Shown here: piece by piece, positions 29,120-39,042 of the stretch
Layout of the letters: each line of letters begins with the position of its first letter
How positions within the stretch are numbered: the first letter of the stretch is position 1
Assembly (NCBI GenBank): GCA_949300365.1
Contig: CASGEC010000001.1
Coordinates: forward strand, 86,545 to 150,544
Length of the DNA: 64,000 nucleotides
Origin: an uncultured Bacillota bacterium
Lineage (GTDB): Bacteria > Bacillota_I > Bacilli_A > RFN20 > CAG-288
Reading direction: 5' to 3'
Translations under genes and position numbers: made by a program
The notes under the pieces: model-generated
Told to the model about the DNA's origin: nothing
Databases searched by the model: none
The model's input: only the letters and a program-made list of their open reading frames with translations

Positions 29120-29643
29120 CAGAGAAGCGTCAGGCGTCTTCCTTTCGTAGGCTTGGCGCTGTCATAGAGGCCGACGTGGTTCACGCCAGATATGGATTGG
29201 CTGGAAAAGGGAATCGTCGGTGTGACGATGATGGCTCCGGAATCGCCGACAATCCTGGCCAGGAAGTAGTCGGAGACGTTCTCCTTCTGGTTTCGGCATT
29301 CGACACGGCACGTCCCTTCCTCATGAAAGACAAGATAGCTGTTCTCCCCATCCGACTCAATCGTGGCGATGGCGCTTTCCTCTCTAGTCTCAGGGTCGAG
29401 ACTGGACCAGGCAAGCTCGTTTCCTTCGCTTAGGGGATATTGGTCGTCATAGATGGGCTCTGCCTTGAGAAGTGTCGTTTTCTGGGAAAGGGAAAAAGGA
29501 TTTTCTTCACCGCTTTGGTAATCCCACCGGATTCCGGTGATGTCCGTTTCCACGGAGCGGATGATGACGGTCGAGGTGACGAAGGCGAAGATGGCGATGA
29601 GGAAGGGAAGGAACAGAAGGAAAAGGATCGCTTTCTTTCTCAT
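29119..29643 (-). CDS. membrane-anchored hypothetical protein (N-terminal TM/signal anchor, extracytoplasmic domain)
   Basis: 174 aa starting MRKKAILFLLFLPFLIAIFAFVTS. It is translationally coupled at both ends (ATGA upstream, TGATG downstream). Confidence 0.5.
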   Translation of the reverse strand: MRKKAILFLLFLPFLIAIFAFVTSTVIIRSVETDITGIRWDYQSGEENPFSLSQKTTLLKAEPIYDDQYPLSEGNELAWSSLDPETREESAIATIESDGENSYLVFHEEGTCRVECRNQKENVSDYFLARIVGDSGAIIVTPTIPFSSQSISGVNHVGLYDSAKPTKGRRLTLL

Positions 29644-29975
29644 GATTGCGCCTCCCTTTCATAGCGAAGGAAAAGCTTCTCCATCGTGAGATAGAAATGA
29701 AGGGCAAGGAAACCGGAAAGAAGAAGGAGCAGGATCAAAGTACCAAGATAGAAGGTCAGCACACTTTGGTCGTCGAAGGGTTTGACAAGGGAAAGAAGGA
29801 AGGACAAGGCCAGGAAAAGGACAGGAAGGAGGAAATCCAAGGAGATATGCTGACGATTGGAGGGCACCAAGTCCATATCTTCCGCAACGCCAAGAAGGAC
29901 TTCCTTCGAAAGCTGAGGGAGTACATCAACCATGGGTAATGAGATACTGACCCGCATCCTCGTGATGACCACCAT
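29640..29975 (-). CDS. small two-TM membrane protein (hypothetical; start uncertain)
   Basis: 111 aa with a hydrophobic core (LDFLLPVLFLALSFLLSLV...LGTLILLLLLSGFLALHFYL). Its stop overlaps the start of the next gene. Its 5' end overlaps the annotated histidine kinase start on the other strand, so one of the two starts is wrong. Confidence 0.3.
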   Translation of the reverse strand: MVVITRMRVSISLPMVDVLPQLSKEVLLGVAEDMDLVPSNRQHISLDFLLPVLFLALSFLLSLVKPFDDQSVLTFYLGTLILLLLLSGFLALHFYLTMEKLFLRYEREAQS

Positions 29976-31302
29976 CTTCCTTCCAATGTATCTTTTTGCC
30001 TTCTACACCAAGAGGAGGGAACACTTCGTCTTGAGGACGATCATTTCATTTGCCATCCTTGTCGTTGTTGGTGTCCTTGCCGGAGTTGCCTTCTACTATT
30101 TCTATCGGATTCCATCGATAGCCGAAAACATCATCTGGTATGAGACTGGCTTTTATCTTCTTCTCTTTGTTGGATTCACGGCACTCCTCTGCCTTCCCTT
30201 CGATATGGGACTTTGGGGTCTTCTCTTCTGCTCATCGGCAGGGTACTGCGTTCAGCATATCGGTGCCCGCCTAGGCTCACTTCTGGAACTGGCGCTAGGC
30301 TATTCGATGATGACGGAACCCGTCATTCCTGAGCTTGCTGTCAAGTTCTTGACCTTCTTCCTGAATATTGGACTGAGTTTTGCGGTCTTCTTTTTCCTGA
30401 ATCGGCGGGGTGGGGCAATTGGGAAAGATACGATTGAAAAGATCGCCAATCCACGTCAGGTTCTCATCGCCTCAATCGTCTGCTTCATTATGGTTGGTTA
30501 CAACTCTTTCGGAACCAGTTATGTCACGGCTCCCTACTATTCGGATATGGATAATCTTCTTTTTCGGAACTGTTTTGTCTATGGAACGGTTTTCGTTTGC
30601 ATTACTTCCATAGTGATTGCCTTCCTCTGCCTTGTGGTGGAGTTCAGTTGGTTTATCGGCGGTCGTCTTATCCATCAGAAAGAGATGCTTGAAGGAATGC
30701 TGGAGGATCAGAAGAAAAACCTCGCCCTTGAGGAGGAGGCGACGAAGACCCTTGACGTTGCCGTTCATGACCTAAGGCACCTTATTGGGGATTTCGGAAA
30801 CGATATCGATTCAAAACGAAGAGCGAGGATTCTCAACACCATTAAGACATATGACTCCATCATCAAGACCGGCAACAAGGCCATTGATGTCATTTTGACG
30901 AAGAAGAGCCTCTACTGCTCCGAAAAGAGCATTCGCTTGACATGTTGCCTTGATGGAAAGAGCTTCGATTTCATGGAACCACACGAGCTCTACGCGCTCT
31001 TTGAGAACGCCCTCGACAATGCCATAGAAGCCGTCGAAGGACTGCCCCTTGAAAAAAGAAGTATCAGTGTCACGGAGAAGAGGCAGGGCATGTTCACAAG
31101 CCTTAGGGTGGAAAATTATTGTGACAAGAAGATCACCTTCCAGGATGGCCTGCCGCTGTCGGACAAAAAGGACGAGCACCATGGCTTTGGAATGATGAGC
31201 ATGGACATGATCGCCAGGAAATATGGAGGCAAGCTTGAAGCCAAGAAAGAGGGCGATCTCTTCTCTCTTGAAGTGTTCCTTATTGCCAAGAAAGCCTCTT
31301 AA
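29932..31302 (+). CDS. GHKL-type sensor histidine kinase, AgrC/ComD/LytTR-system (HPK10) family, orphan
   Basis: 456 aa. It has 6-7 N-terminal transmembrane helices, an H-box-like VAVHDLRHLIG, and a C-terminal HATPase_c_5-like domain (ELYALFENALDNAIEAV...HHGFGMMSMDMIARKYGG). No response regulator lies nearby. Confidence 0.65.
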   Translation: MGNEILTRILVMTTIFLPMYLFAFYTKRREHFVLRTIISFAILVVVGVLAGVAFYYFYRIPSIAENIIWYETGFYLLLFVGFTALLCLPFDMGLWGLLFCSSAGYCVQHIGARLGSLLELALGYSMMTEPVIPELAVKFLTFFLNIGLSFAVFFFLNRRGGAIGKDTIEKIANPRQVLIASIVCFIMVGYNSFGTSYVTAPYYSDMDNLLFRNCFVYGTVFVCITSIVIAFLCLVVEFSWFIGGRLIHQKEMLEGMLEDQKKNLALEEEATKTLDVAVHDLRHLIGDFGNDIDSKRRARILNTIKTYDSIIKTGNKAIDVILTKKSLYCSEKSIRLTCCLDGKSFDFMEPHELYALFENALDNAIEAVEGLPLEKRSISVTEKRQGMFTSLRVENYCDKKITFQDGLPLSDKKDEHHGFGMMSMDMIARKYGGKLEAKKEGDLFSLEVFLIAKKAS

Positions 31303-31395
31303 TAGGAAGGAATCTATAGTCGGTAAGCATTTCCTTGTTGCAACAGGGAAAGGGCGTCATTAGAATATCCCTAATCCTCTCGGGAGGCACTTTAT

Positions 31396-31971
31396 ATGAT
31401 CGTAATCACAGGACCGTCGGCTTCCGGAAAGACCGCAACGTGTCTCTTCCTCCAGGCCCATTTCGGTATTCGAAAGGTCGTCACCCATACGACACGTCCG
31501 CTGCGCACGGGTGAGAAAGACGGCATCGACTACCACTTCGTCAGCAAGGAAGAATTCCTGCGAATGAAGGCAAACGATGAATTCATCGAGACGGTTTTCT
31601 ACAACGGAAACTACTATGGAACCTCCCGTAAGGAAGTCCGCATCGACAAGTGCCTTGCCGTCGAGCTCAACGGAGCCAAGGTCTACAAGTCCCTCAATGA
31701 CCCCAGGATCGTCCTCTTCTATCTCTGTGCCAACGAGAAACAGAGAGAGGAAAGGATGAAGGAAAGAGGCGATGCCCCGGAGAAGATCGCCGCCCGCCTT
31801 GTCAACGATCGGGATGCCTTCCATATGGACGAGAGCATGAAGGAGATGGTCGACTGCTTCATCGACACCCAGTCCCATCCACTTGAGGAAGTTAGCCGCA
31901 TCGTCTTCACCAAGTATCTTGAAATCCTCAAGGAGCGGAACATCGAGTTCCATCCGGACTGCTTGGATTAG
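31396..31971 (+). CDS. guanylate kinase-like P-loop kinase (paralog)
   Basis: 191 aa. ITGPSASGKTAT P-loop, VTHTTRPLRTGEKDGIDYHFVS and YNGNYYGTS, as in Gmk. Confidence 0.7.
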   Translation: MIVITGPSASGKTATCLFLQAHFGIRKVVTHTTRPLRTGEKDGIDYHFVSKEEFLRMKANDEFIETVFYNGNYYGTSRKEVRIDKCLAVELNGAKVYKSLNDPRIVLFYLCANEKQREERMKERGDAPEKIAARLVNDRDAFHMDESMKEMVDCFIDTQSHPLEEVSRIVFTKYLEILKERNIEFHPDCLD

Positions 31972-31992
31972 TCTTCAAGGAGATTCTTCTGC

Positions 31993-32013
31993 CACCCGAG
32001 TGGGTGGTTTTTT
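31993..32013 (+). terminator. rho-independent terminator
   Basis: A CCACCC-GAG-TGGGTGG hairpin followed by TTTTTT. Confidence 0.7.
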
Positions 32014-32524
32014 ATTGCCATGAAAAAGAAGAGACAATCCTATGCAGTAATAAGGAAGCGGAGGAAACATGAGGCATAACGGAAAGGGCAAAATATGGCA
32101 TCGCCTGTTTGTCTTCTCGTGTTGAAAATATCCTCTCTTTTGCTTCTGGATGCCTGAATGTACGGAAAGCCGAAGTCTTTTTCAAGTGGAATTTGGAGAT
32201 TCCATGGAAGATAGGCGCCGGCATTCTCTCCGTAGGCTTCTTCTTGGCGGATAGCAACCTGCAATTGGGAATGAGGCTGTTTGGAAAGCAACTTCCATTG
32301 AAATGTACATTGTTAGCGAAAATGGCGATAAATACCTTGTTTTGTACTGCCTAAAAGGCTGTCAAGAAGAAGCATGGATTTCTTTTCCGAGATCCCTTTC
32401 GGTAGAAGGAAAAGGCAAAATAGGCCCAGGGCTTGGCATTCTTTTCGCTAGCGCAGTTTTGCTCTTCCTGAAATTGTTTCCTGCCTTCCGGTTGTCTTGA
32501 AAACCGCCCCTATAATGGGCACAG

Positions 32525-33793
32525 GTGAACGACATGCAAACACAGGACAGAGTGATTCTTGCCATCGATTTGAAGTCTTTCTACGCCTTTGTGGAATGTC
32601 TTGCGAGAGGACTCGATCCCTTCAAGACGCCGCTTGTGGTCGCGGATCTTTCCCGAGGGAATGGGACGATCGTCTTGGCCGCATCGCCCTTTATCCGCAC
32701 GAAATACCATGTCCCTTCCCGCTGTCGGCTAAAGGAGGTCGACAAGTCGATTCCGGGGCTGATCGTGGCTCGGCCCCACATGGAGACCTATCTGGAATAC
32801 AGTGCCAAGGTCAATGCCATCTACTTGGACTATGTCGACGAAAGGGACATGCATGTCTACTCGATCGATGAGTCCTTCCTGGATGTGACCCACTATCTTA
32901 AAAGAAACGGGGATACGCCGGAAAGCTATGCCAGGAAGATCATCAACGACATCCATGACAAGCTCGGCCTAGTGGTGACCTGCGGCATCGGAAGGAATCT
33001 GTTCATGGCAAAGGCCTGCATGGATATCGATGCCAAGAAAAGAAAGGACTTCCTTGCCCGCTGGGACTACAAGGACATTCCCGAAAAGCTCTGGCCGGTC
33101 TCTCCGCTAAGCCACATGTGGGGAATCGGTAGCCGCCTTGAGAAAAGACTCAATGCATTAGGCTTCCATTCGGTCGGGGATATCGCCATGGCCGACAGGA
33201 ACTACCTCATCGCCCGCTTTGGCGTCATCGGCGAGGAAATCTACTATCACGCCTTAGGCTATGACGATGCCAAGATCCAGGAGAAATATGTCCCTAGGGA
33301 AAGCTCCCTCTCTGTCGGCGAGGTCCTCCTTCGGGACTATGGGCACGAGGAAGTCCCGCGTGTTCTCAATGACCTTGCTATCGAGCTTACCGACCGCCTG
33401 CTTGTGGAGAGGAAGAAAGCCAGGGAAGTCATCGTCAGCATCGGCTACAAGGACCATGACGGCTATGCCTTTCGCCTTCTCTTCCAGGATCCGATCGATT
33501 CCCCTCTTGTCCTTGCCCGTGAAGCCATCCGCGCCTTTCTCTCCAAGAAGGAAGAGAAGGAAAGAAGCTACAGGCAGGTCCATTTCGTCGCCGTCGATAC
33601 CGTCTCTGCCGAGTGCTATCAGGGAAGCCTCTTCGAGAATTACGAAAGGGAGAGGAAACAGGCCGATCTGGAGCGGACCTTGATGGCGATAAGGAAGACA
33701 TACGGGACGATGAAGGCCATGCCCTGTTCGGCATTGTGCCTTGGTTCGACGTTCATCCAAAGAGACAACCAGATAGGAGGACACCACAGATGA
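32525..33793 (+). CDS. Y-family translesion DNA polymerase (UmuC/YqjW/UvrX-like)
   Basis: 422 aa. N-terminal ILAIDLKSFYAFVEC with catalytic D/E in palm motifs, followed by little-finger domain. Confidence 0.85.
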   Translation: MNDMQTQDRVILAIDLKSFYAFVECLARGLDPFKTPLVVADLSRGNGTIVLAASPFIRTKYHVPSRCRLKEVDKSIPGLIVARPHMETYLEYSAKVNAIYLDYVDERDMHVYSIDESFLDVTHYLKRNGDTPESYARKIINDIHDKLGLVVTCGIGRNLFMAKACMDIDAKKRKDFLARWDYKDIPEKLWPVSPLSHMWGIGSRLEKRLNALGFHSVGDIAMADRNYLIARFGVIGEEIYYHALGYDDAKIQEKYVPRESSLSVGEVLLRDYGHEEVPRVLNDLAIELTDRLLVERKKAREVIVSIGYKDHDGYAFRLLFQDPIDSPLVLAREAIRAFLSKKEEKERSYRQVHFVAVDTVSAECYQGSLFENYERERKQADLERTLMAIRKTYGTMKAMPCSALCLGSTFIQRDNQIGGHHR

Positions 33794-34095
33794 GAGGCAT
33801 GGCAAAATGGCTGCCGTTTAAGTCCCTGAAGGGGCAGTACGACATTCTCGACAGGGCCAAGAAGGAAAAAAGGAAGGTCAGGCAGCCGGAGCTTTCCGAG
33901 GATGGCCAGGAGGAAATCGACAGGGCCCTCCACCTTCTTCGAAAAGGCGACAGGACCATGGTGACTTTCTATTGCAACGGCGAGATCCTGACGCGCGAGG
34001 AGGTCTTCCTCAGGGCGGACGGACAGGAAAGACGCGTCTATTTCCTCGGCTTTTCCTTGACCTTGGGAAACCTCTTGTCCCTGAAGAAGGCATGA
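33790..34095 (+). CDS. YolD-like protein (partner of UmuC-like polymerases)
   Basis: 101 aa. The ATG overlaps the polymerase stop (ATGA). It has the N-terminal KWLPF motif typical of YolD/YqjX. An alternative start lies at 33799. Confidence 0.6.
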   Translation: MRGMAKWLPFKSLKGQYDILDRAKKEKRKVRQPELSEDGQEEIDRALHLLRKGDRTMVTFYCNGEILTREEVFLRADGQERRVYFLGFSLTLGNLLSLKKA

Positions 34096-34296
34096 CGGAT
34101 TTTCAAAACGGGTTTGCGTTTTGGCCCTTTGCGGAAAAGAAGAGGTGAAGGAGGCAGTGACAAGGAGGAAAGTAATTCTTTACTTCCATGTATAGATTAT
34201 TCTATACTACCTCTTGGCTTTCTTAAGGAAGCCATATACTTTCTTGCCGATCCCTGATGTAGGATCGGCCGAGAAGACCATAGGGAGGTATAACGC

Positions 34297-34578
34297 ATGA
34301 AGAATTACGAAATCATGTACATTCTTGCGCCGACCCTCGATGAAGCTGGTATCAAGACCACAGTCGAGAGCCTTCACAAGATCCTCACCGACAATGGCGC
34401 CAAGATCACCGGCGTCAAGGAGTGGGGCATGAGAGACCTGGCCTATCCGATCAAGAAGCAGACGAAGGGCTATTATGTCGTCGTCAACTTCGATGCCGAG
34501 CCCGTCGCCGTCAGCGAGTTTGACCGCGTCGTCCGGCTGGATGTCAGAGTCTTGAGATTCCTTGTCACTGTCTGCTGA
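34297..34578 (+). CDS. rpsF: 30S ribosomal protein S6
   Basis: 93 aa; MKNYEIMYIL... is canonical S6. Confidence 0.9.
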   Translation: MKNYEIMYILAPTLDEAGIKTTVESLHKILTDNGAKITGVKEWGMRDLAYPIKKQTKGYYVVVNFDAEPVAVSEFDRVVRLDVRVLRFLVTVC

Positions 34579-34600
34579 CAGAATCAAAGGAGAAAAGAAA

Positions 34601-35020
34601 ATGGCTGGACTCAATCGTGTCGTGTTGGTCGGTAGGATGGTTCGCGATCCGGAACTGAAGAGAACGAATTCCGGAACGTCGGTGACCTCCTTCACCATCG
34701 CCGTCGACAATCTCACCAAGGCGGGCAACGAGAAAAGCGCAAGCTTCATCCCCTGCACGTGTTGGAACAAGACTGCCGAGAACGTCGCCAAGTATTGCTC
34801 CAAGGGCACCTTGGTCGGCGTGGACGGAAGGCTCAACCAGAGGAGCTATGAGGACAAGAGCGGACAGAAGCGCTCGGTCGTGGAAGTCATCGCCGAGTCC
34901 GTCCAGTTCCTTGAGCGCAGGACCAACGAGGAGAGCGAGTCTCAGCCCGAAGAAAGCACTGCCAAGAGCACGGTCGCCCATGAGGGCATCGATTCCTCCG
35001 ACGACGACCTGCCCTTCTAG
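34601..35020 (+). CDS. ssb: single-stranded DNA-binding protein
   Basis: An OB-fold N-terminus (MAGLNRVVLVGRMVRDPELKRT), a flexible G/S/E-rich linker, and the acidic tail DDDLPF. Confidence 0.9.
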   Translation: MAGLNRVVLVGRMVRDPELKRTNSGTSVTSFTIAVDNLTKAGNEKSASFIPCTCWNKTAENVAKYCSKGTLVGVDGRLNQRSYEDKSGQKRSVVEVIAESVQFLERRTNEESESQPEESTAKSTVAHEGIDSSDDDLPF

Positions 35021-35057
35021 CCACTCCGAAAGGAATGGCGGAAAGGATTGAACAAGA

Positions 35058-35282
35058 ATGTATCGTAGACCCAAGCCGAGAAAGAAGATCTGCTACTTCT
35101 GCAAGAACCACGTCGACCATGTCGATTACAAGGACGTCGAGCTTCTCAAGAAGTACATCTCTCCTTCCGGAAAGATCACGGCCCGCCGTATCACGGGAAC
35201 CTGCAGCAAGCACCAGAGAATGATCGCCACCGCGATCAAGCGTGCCCGCTTCATGGCTCTCCTTCCTTACGTCGCCGACTAA
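35058..35282 (+). CDS. rpsR: 30S ribosomal protein S18
   Basis: 74 aa; CYFC...VDYKDV...RRITG is the S18 signature. Confidence 0.9.
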   Translation: MYRRPKPRKKICYFCKNHVDHVDYKDVELLKKYISPSGKITARRITGTCSKHQRMIATAIKRARFMALLPYVAD

Positions 35283-35304
35283 TCCCAACAGAGGAAAAAA
35301 AGAA

Positions 35305-35334
35305 CCCGGTTTGCATCAGCCGGGTTTTTCTTTT
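35305..35334 (+). terminator. rho-independent terminator after rpsR
   Basis: A CCCGG-TTTGCATCAG-CCGGG hairpin followed by TTTTTCTTTT. Confidence 0.7.
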
Positions 35335-35379
35335 GCCATAGGCACCTGTCGTCTAGGTTTCCTCGATTCAATTCGGCTA

Positions 35380-36051
35380 TCAGTCCAGGCTATCATCGTT
35401 CATGAGAAAATCGTAGATGCTCATCGTCGTTATTCCGTTCTCGTCCCTGGTCACGTCGATAACGTCTTTTACGGCGATGATTTTCTTGAAGGAATCCCTT
35501 ACGTTTGTCAAAGGAAACTTTTCCTGTCGTTGTTTTTCGCTAGTCGGCATGGAAAAGGCGGATTGAATGTAATAGCGTCTGCTTCCGGAATTGGCGATGA
35601 AATCAATCTCATAGGATTTGCGGATTTGTCTATTGTCTGCGTCGGTCTCCCTTCTTTCCACGACGCCGACGTCGACATTGAAACCGCGATAGCGCAGCTC
35701 ATTGTAGATGACGTTTTCTATAAGATGGTTTTCTTCCGTTTGTCGGAAACCAAGTCGGGCATTTCGAAGGCCAATGTCCTTAAAATAGAATCTCATGGGC
35801 GTTCCAAGATACTTTCTGCCTTTCACATCATAGCGATAGGCCTTGGTTATTACCTTTATCATCCCATTGAGCATTTGATTGATCAAATCAGGCAAACACT
35901 TGTGTCTGGTGATTTTCCTTTGATTATTTTTGTCAGTTCTATCACTTTTAGTCAGAGCCACTTCATTGAGAATGTGGATTGTGTCGTGTGCTCTTCTCGT
36001 TGGACCAAGTAGGAAGCTGATGGATGGGGCGGGTAAGGTTTTTCGGAACAA
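35380..36051 (-). pseudogene. truncated DUF4143 ATPase gene (C-terminal half only, no P-loop domain)
   Basis: The 223 aa product aligns (~50% identity) with the C-terminal DUF4143 half of the pseudogene at 14703-16030 (YRYDVKGRKYL..., RYYIQSAFSMP..., IYDFLMNDDSL). There is no room upstream for the AAA domain. Confidence 0.55.
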
Positions 36052-36263
36052 AAAACCACTGCCCCGAACGGAACAGTGGTCATGTGGATTGAAATGCTTC
36101 TACTGAAGGTTGGCCTGGCGGATTGCGGCGCTTTCCTCTCTGAGGGCGAGGAATTCCTCTTCGACGCGTCTTTCCTTCTGGGCCTTTCTTTCGGCCTTTC
36201 TGTCATAAGCCTGTTTTTCTTCGGGACTCATGGCGGCAAGGCGGGCCTGGAGTTCTTCCTCCT

Positions 36264-38087
36264 TCAGACGTTTCTGTTCTTCTTTGCTTGGGCCTCTGCC
36301 TTTCTCTTGGCGTTGGCTTCGGCCTTAAGCGTTCTATCGGCTTCGAACTTCTTTAGCTCTTCTTCAAAGTCGAGTCTCTTGAGTTCACCCGTCTGTTTTC
36401 CTTCCGCGATGAGCCTATCGTACTTGGCGTTGTTTGTCTCGCACCTTTTCCTAAGCAGGGCGATCTTTTCCTGGTGGATGGCTTCCTCGGCCTCGGCCTG
36501 CTCCTTGAGCATGCGCTTGGAAGGTTCGATCCATTCGGCATTGTTCTTGAGGGCAAGGGCCTTCTGATCCTCAAGGATCGCCTTCTTGTCAAGGGCGGAG
36601 AAGTTCTCGACATTCATGAAGAGGAACATGATGGCGATGATCAGATAGCAGAGGGATTCGCCACCGAAGTAGAGGAAGGTATTGGCAAGCTGCTGATTGG
36701 AAACGCTGTTGACGATGGAAGGCATGGTGTTGACGAGGTTGATGATGGCATTGGCAATGCCGGGCATGGCGACCATGATGGAACCATAGACAGCCATCGT
36801 GAAGCCATCGGTTCTCTTTCCATAAAGGGCTTCCTGGTGTTCGAGGACATCGGAGAGAAGGGCCATGGAAATATACATGGCAGGGACGGTTCCAAGGGCC
36901 TTGAGGCAGAAGCTGGCGATGGAGATGCCCCAGACGGCCGTCTCGTTTCCGCTGAAGGGAAGGACGAGGAAGCCAAGACAGCCTAGGACGAAGGCCATGA
37001 TGCCACCGACCTTGATGCAGTTTGCTTTTCCGAACTTGCGGGCAAGGGGCCAGATGACAAGCATGCCAAGGGCAGTCGGAATGGCACCGACCGTGTTGAT
37101 CGTGCCGGAGAGCTTCATGGCACCGTTGGTGAAGGCCTGGGAGAACCAGGAGGCATCGTTGTTCTTGAGCATGCCGCCGAGCTGATAGAGGAAGTAGAAG
37201 ACGATGATGAACCACCAGAACTTGTCCTTGACGCAGATTGTGGCCTGATCCTTCATCGGGATCTTCTTTTCCTGGAGGGCAGGATTGTCGGGATTGGCCA
37301 TGCGGAGCTTGACCTTCTCTTCTGTGATCCTTTCACGCGTGAAGAAGTACTCGATCAGACAGCCGATGAAGAGAGCGGCGATCATGATCACCATGATGAT
37401 GACCCATTTGCCGTTTGCGGCTTCCCTGGCGGCCTCATCGGCAAGCGTGTTGTTCGGTCCAGTCGGAAGAAGGCCGATAGCATCAACAAGGAAGGGGCCG
37501 ATCATGCCGGCAATACCGGAAGCGACAAGCTGGGCAGCATTGGAGGCCGTGGCAAGAAGGGAACGCTTCGAGCCATCCCTCGTGGACAGGTTGACGAGAG
37601 CGGAATGGGACGTGTAGTAGAAAGGATAGGCAAAGGCATAGTAGAGGTTGTAGCCGACGGCGATGAAGATGATCGTCAGCCAATTGGGATTGTCTGCCGT
37701 CGCCCCTTTCGGGAAGGGAACGAGGAAGAGAAGGAGAAGGGCGATAGCAATAAGCGGCATGCCGACGAGGATCAGCGGCCTTGCCTTACCGGCAACGGAA
37801 GGCTTTCTTTCGATCAGCCGGCCAATGGAAAGGTTGCCGATGACGATGATGATGGCCGAAATGATGGGAAGAAGGGTCGGGAAGAGGTTCATCCACTGCC
37901 CGAGGCCAAGGATTCGGACCCAATACTAGGAAAGATAGGTGTTGACGATACCATTAGCCATCAAGGCGAAGGCAGGGCCAAGAAGATAGCCCAAGGCCGT
38001 TTCCGGGAACAGCTTGACATCCGCGGTCTTGACCTTGGTCGAGAGAAGCGGCGTTTCGAAGAGACTCTTCTTCTGCGTTTTTTCCAT
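36264..38087 (-). pseudogene. MFS transporter, GPH (glycoside-pentoside-hexuronide:cation symporter) family, interrupted by one in-frame TAG; unusual charged C-terminal tail
   Basis: ORFs 37926-38168 and 36264-37892 are in the same frame, separated only by TAG at about 37926-37928. The hydrophobic transporter sequence is continuous across the stop (...NGIVNTYLS*YWVRILGLGQWMNLFPTLL...). The C-terminal ~100 aa are K/E/A-rich. Confidence 0.6.
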
Positions 38088-38337
38088 GGGGATTGTCCTT
38101 TCGATTTCCTTTCTGCCGAAAAGGAAAGGAACCTTTCCGACGAACGGCACACGAAACATCGGACTCATTATAAGAAGCGCTTACATTATTACAATTGCAA
38201 TAAATAGCATTAAAGATTGCAAAATATATTTGATTGAAGACGACGGCTTCCCTGACACCGGAAATTTCAGCGGAATCCAGGCCAAGAGAATATCTTTGTT
38301 CTTTCCTTATGGACCAAGACGGGGTAAAATCCATCCT

Positions 38338-39042
38338 ATGAAAAACTATTCGAAGGAACAGGAAACCAGCTTCGCAATCGGCTTCTTCAGCGTCATCCAG
38401 CTTTTGGAAAGCCATCCTGAGAAAGTCGTCTCCGTCTATGTCGCCGAGGATAGCCTAAATAGCGAAGGCTATCAAAAGGTCCTTTCTCTTGTCGACAAGA
38501 AGAAAATCATTGTTTCAACGAAAGCAATCGAAAGAATCAGTAAGAAGGAAAACGGCCATGTCATGGCAGAATTCAAAAAATGGCATGATAATCTCTCTCC
38601 GGAAAAAGACCATTTGGTGATGGTCAACCCGATGGACAAGGGAAACCTCGGAAATGCGGTGCGCTCCCTCTTGGCCTTTGGCTTCCACGACCTTGCCATC
38701 ATCGAGCCCTGCGCCGACGACATGGATCCCAAGACGATCCGTGCTTCCATGGGCGCTCTTTTCCATATTCGCGTCGAGCGTTTCCCGTCTTTTGAGGCCT
38801 ATCTTGCCAAGTATCCGCGTTCCTACTATCCCTTTGTCCTGAGGAACGCCAAGCCGATGAAGGAAGTCGTCTTTTCTTCGCCCCTTGCCCTTGTCTTCGG
38901 AAACGAGGCGACCGGTCTTCCCGATTCCATCCAAAACGAGAACAATGTCTTCATCGAGCAATCCGACGAAGTCGATTCCCTCAACCTGACGACATCGATT
39001 GCCATTGCCCTCTACCGTTTGAGGATGGATAGAGGCTATTAG
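38338..39042 (+). CDS. TrmH/SpoU-family RNA 2'-O-methyltransferase
   Basis: 234 aa from M109 of ORF 38014-39042. SPOUT motifs VNPMDKGNLGNAVRS, LVFGNEATGLP and LNLTTSIAIALY. Confidence 0.8.
   Translation: MKNYSKEQETSFAIGFFSVIQLLESHPEKVVSVYVAEDSLNSEGYQKVLSLVDKKKIIVSTKAIERISKKENGHVMAEFKKWHDNLSPEKDHLVMVNPMDKGNLGNAVRSLLAFGFHDLAIIEPCADDMDPKTIRASMGALFHIRVERFPSFEAYLAKYPRSYYPFVLRNAKPMKEVVFSSPLALVFGNEATGLPDSIQNENNVFIEQSDEVDSLNLTTSIAIALYRLRMDRGY

Noticed and set aside
36076-36567. 163 aa ORF on the plus strand within the C-terminal region of the MFS gene
   Set aside because: Antisense to the K/E/A-rich tail-coding region. Its low-complexity L/F/S-rich product is a mirror artefact.
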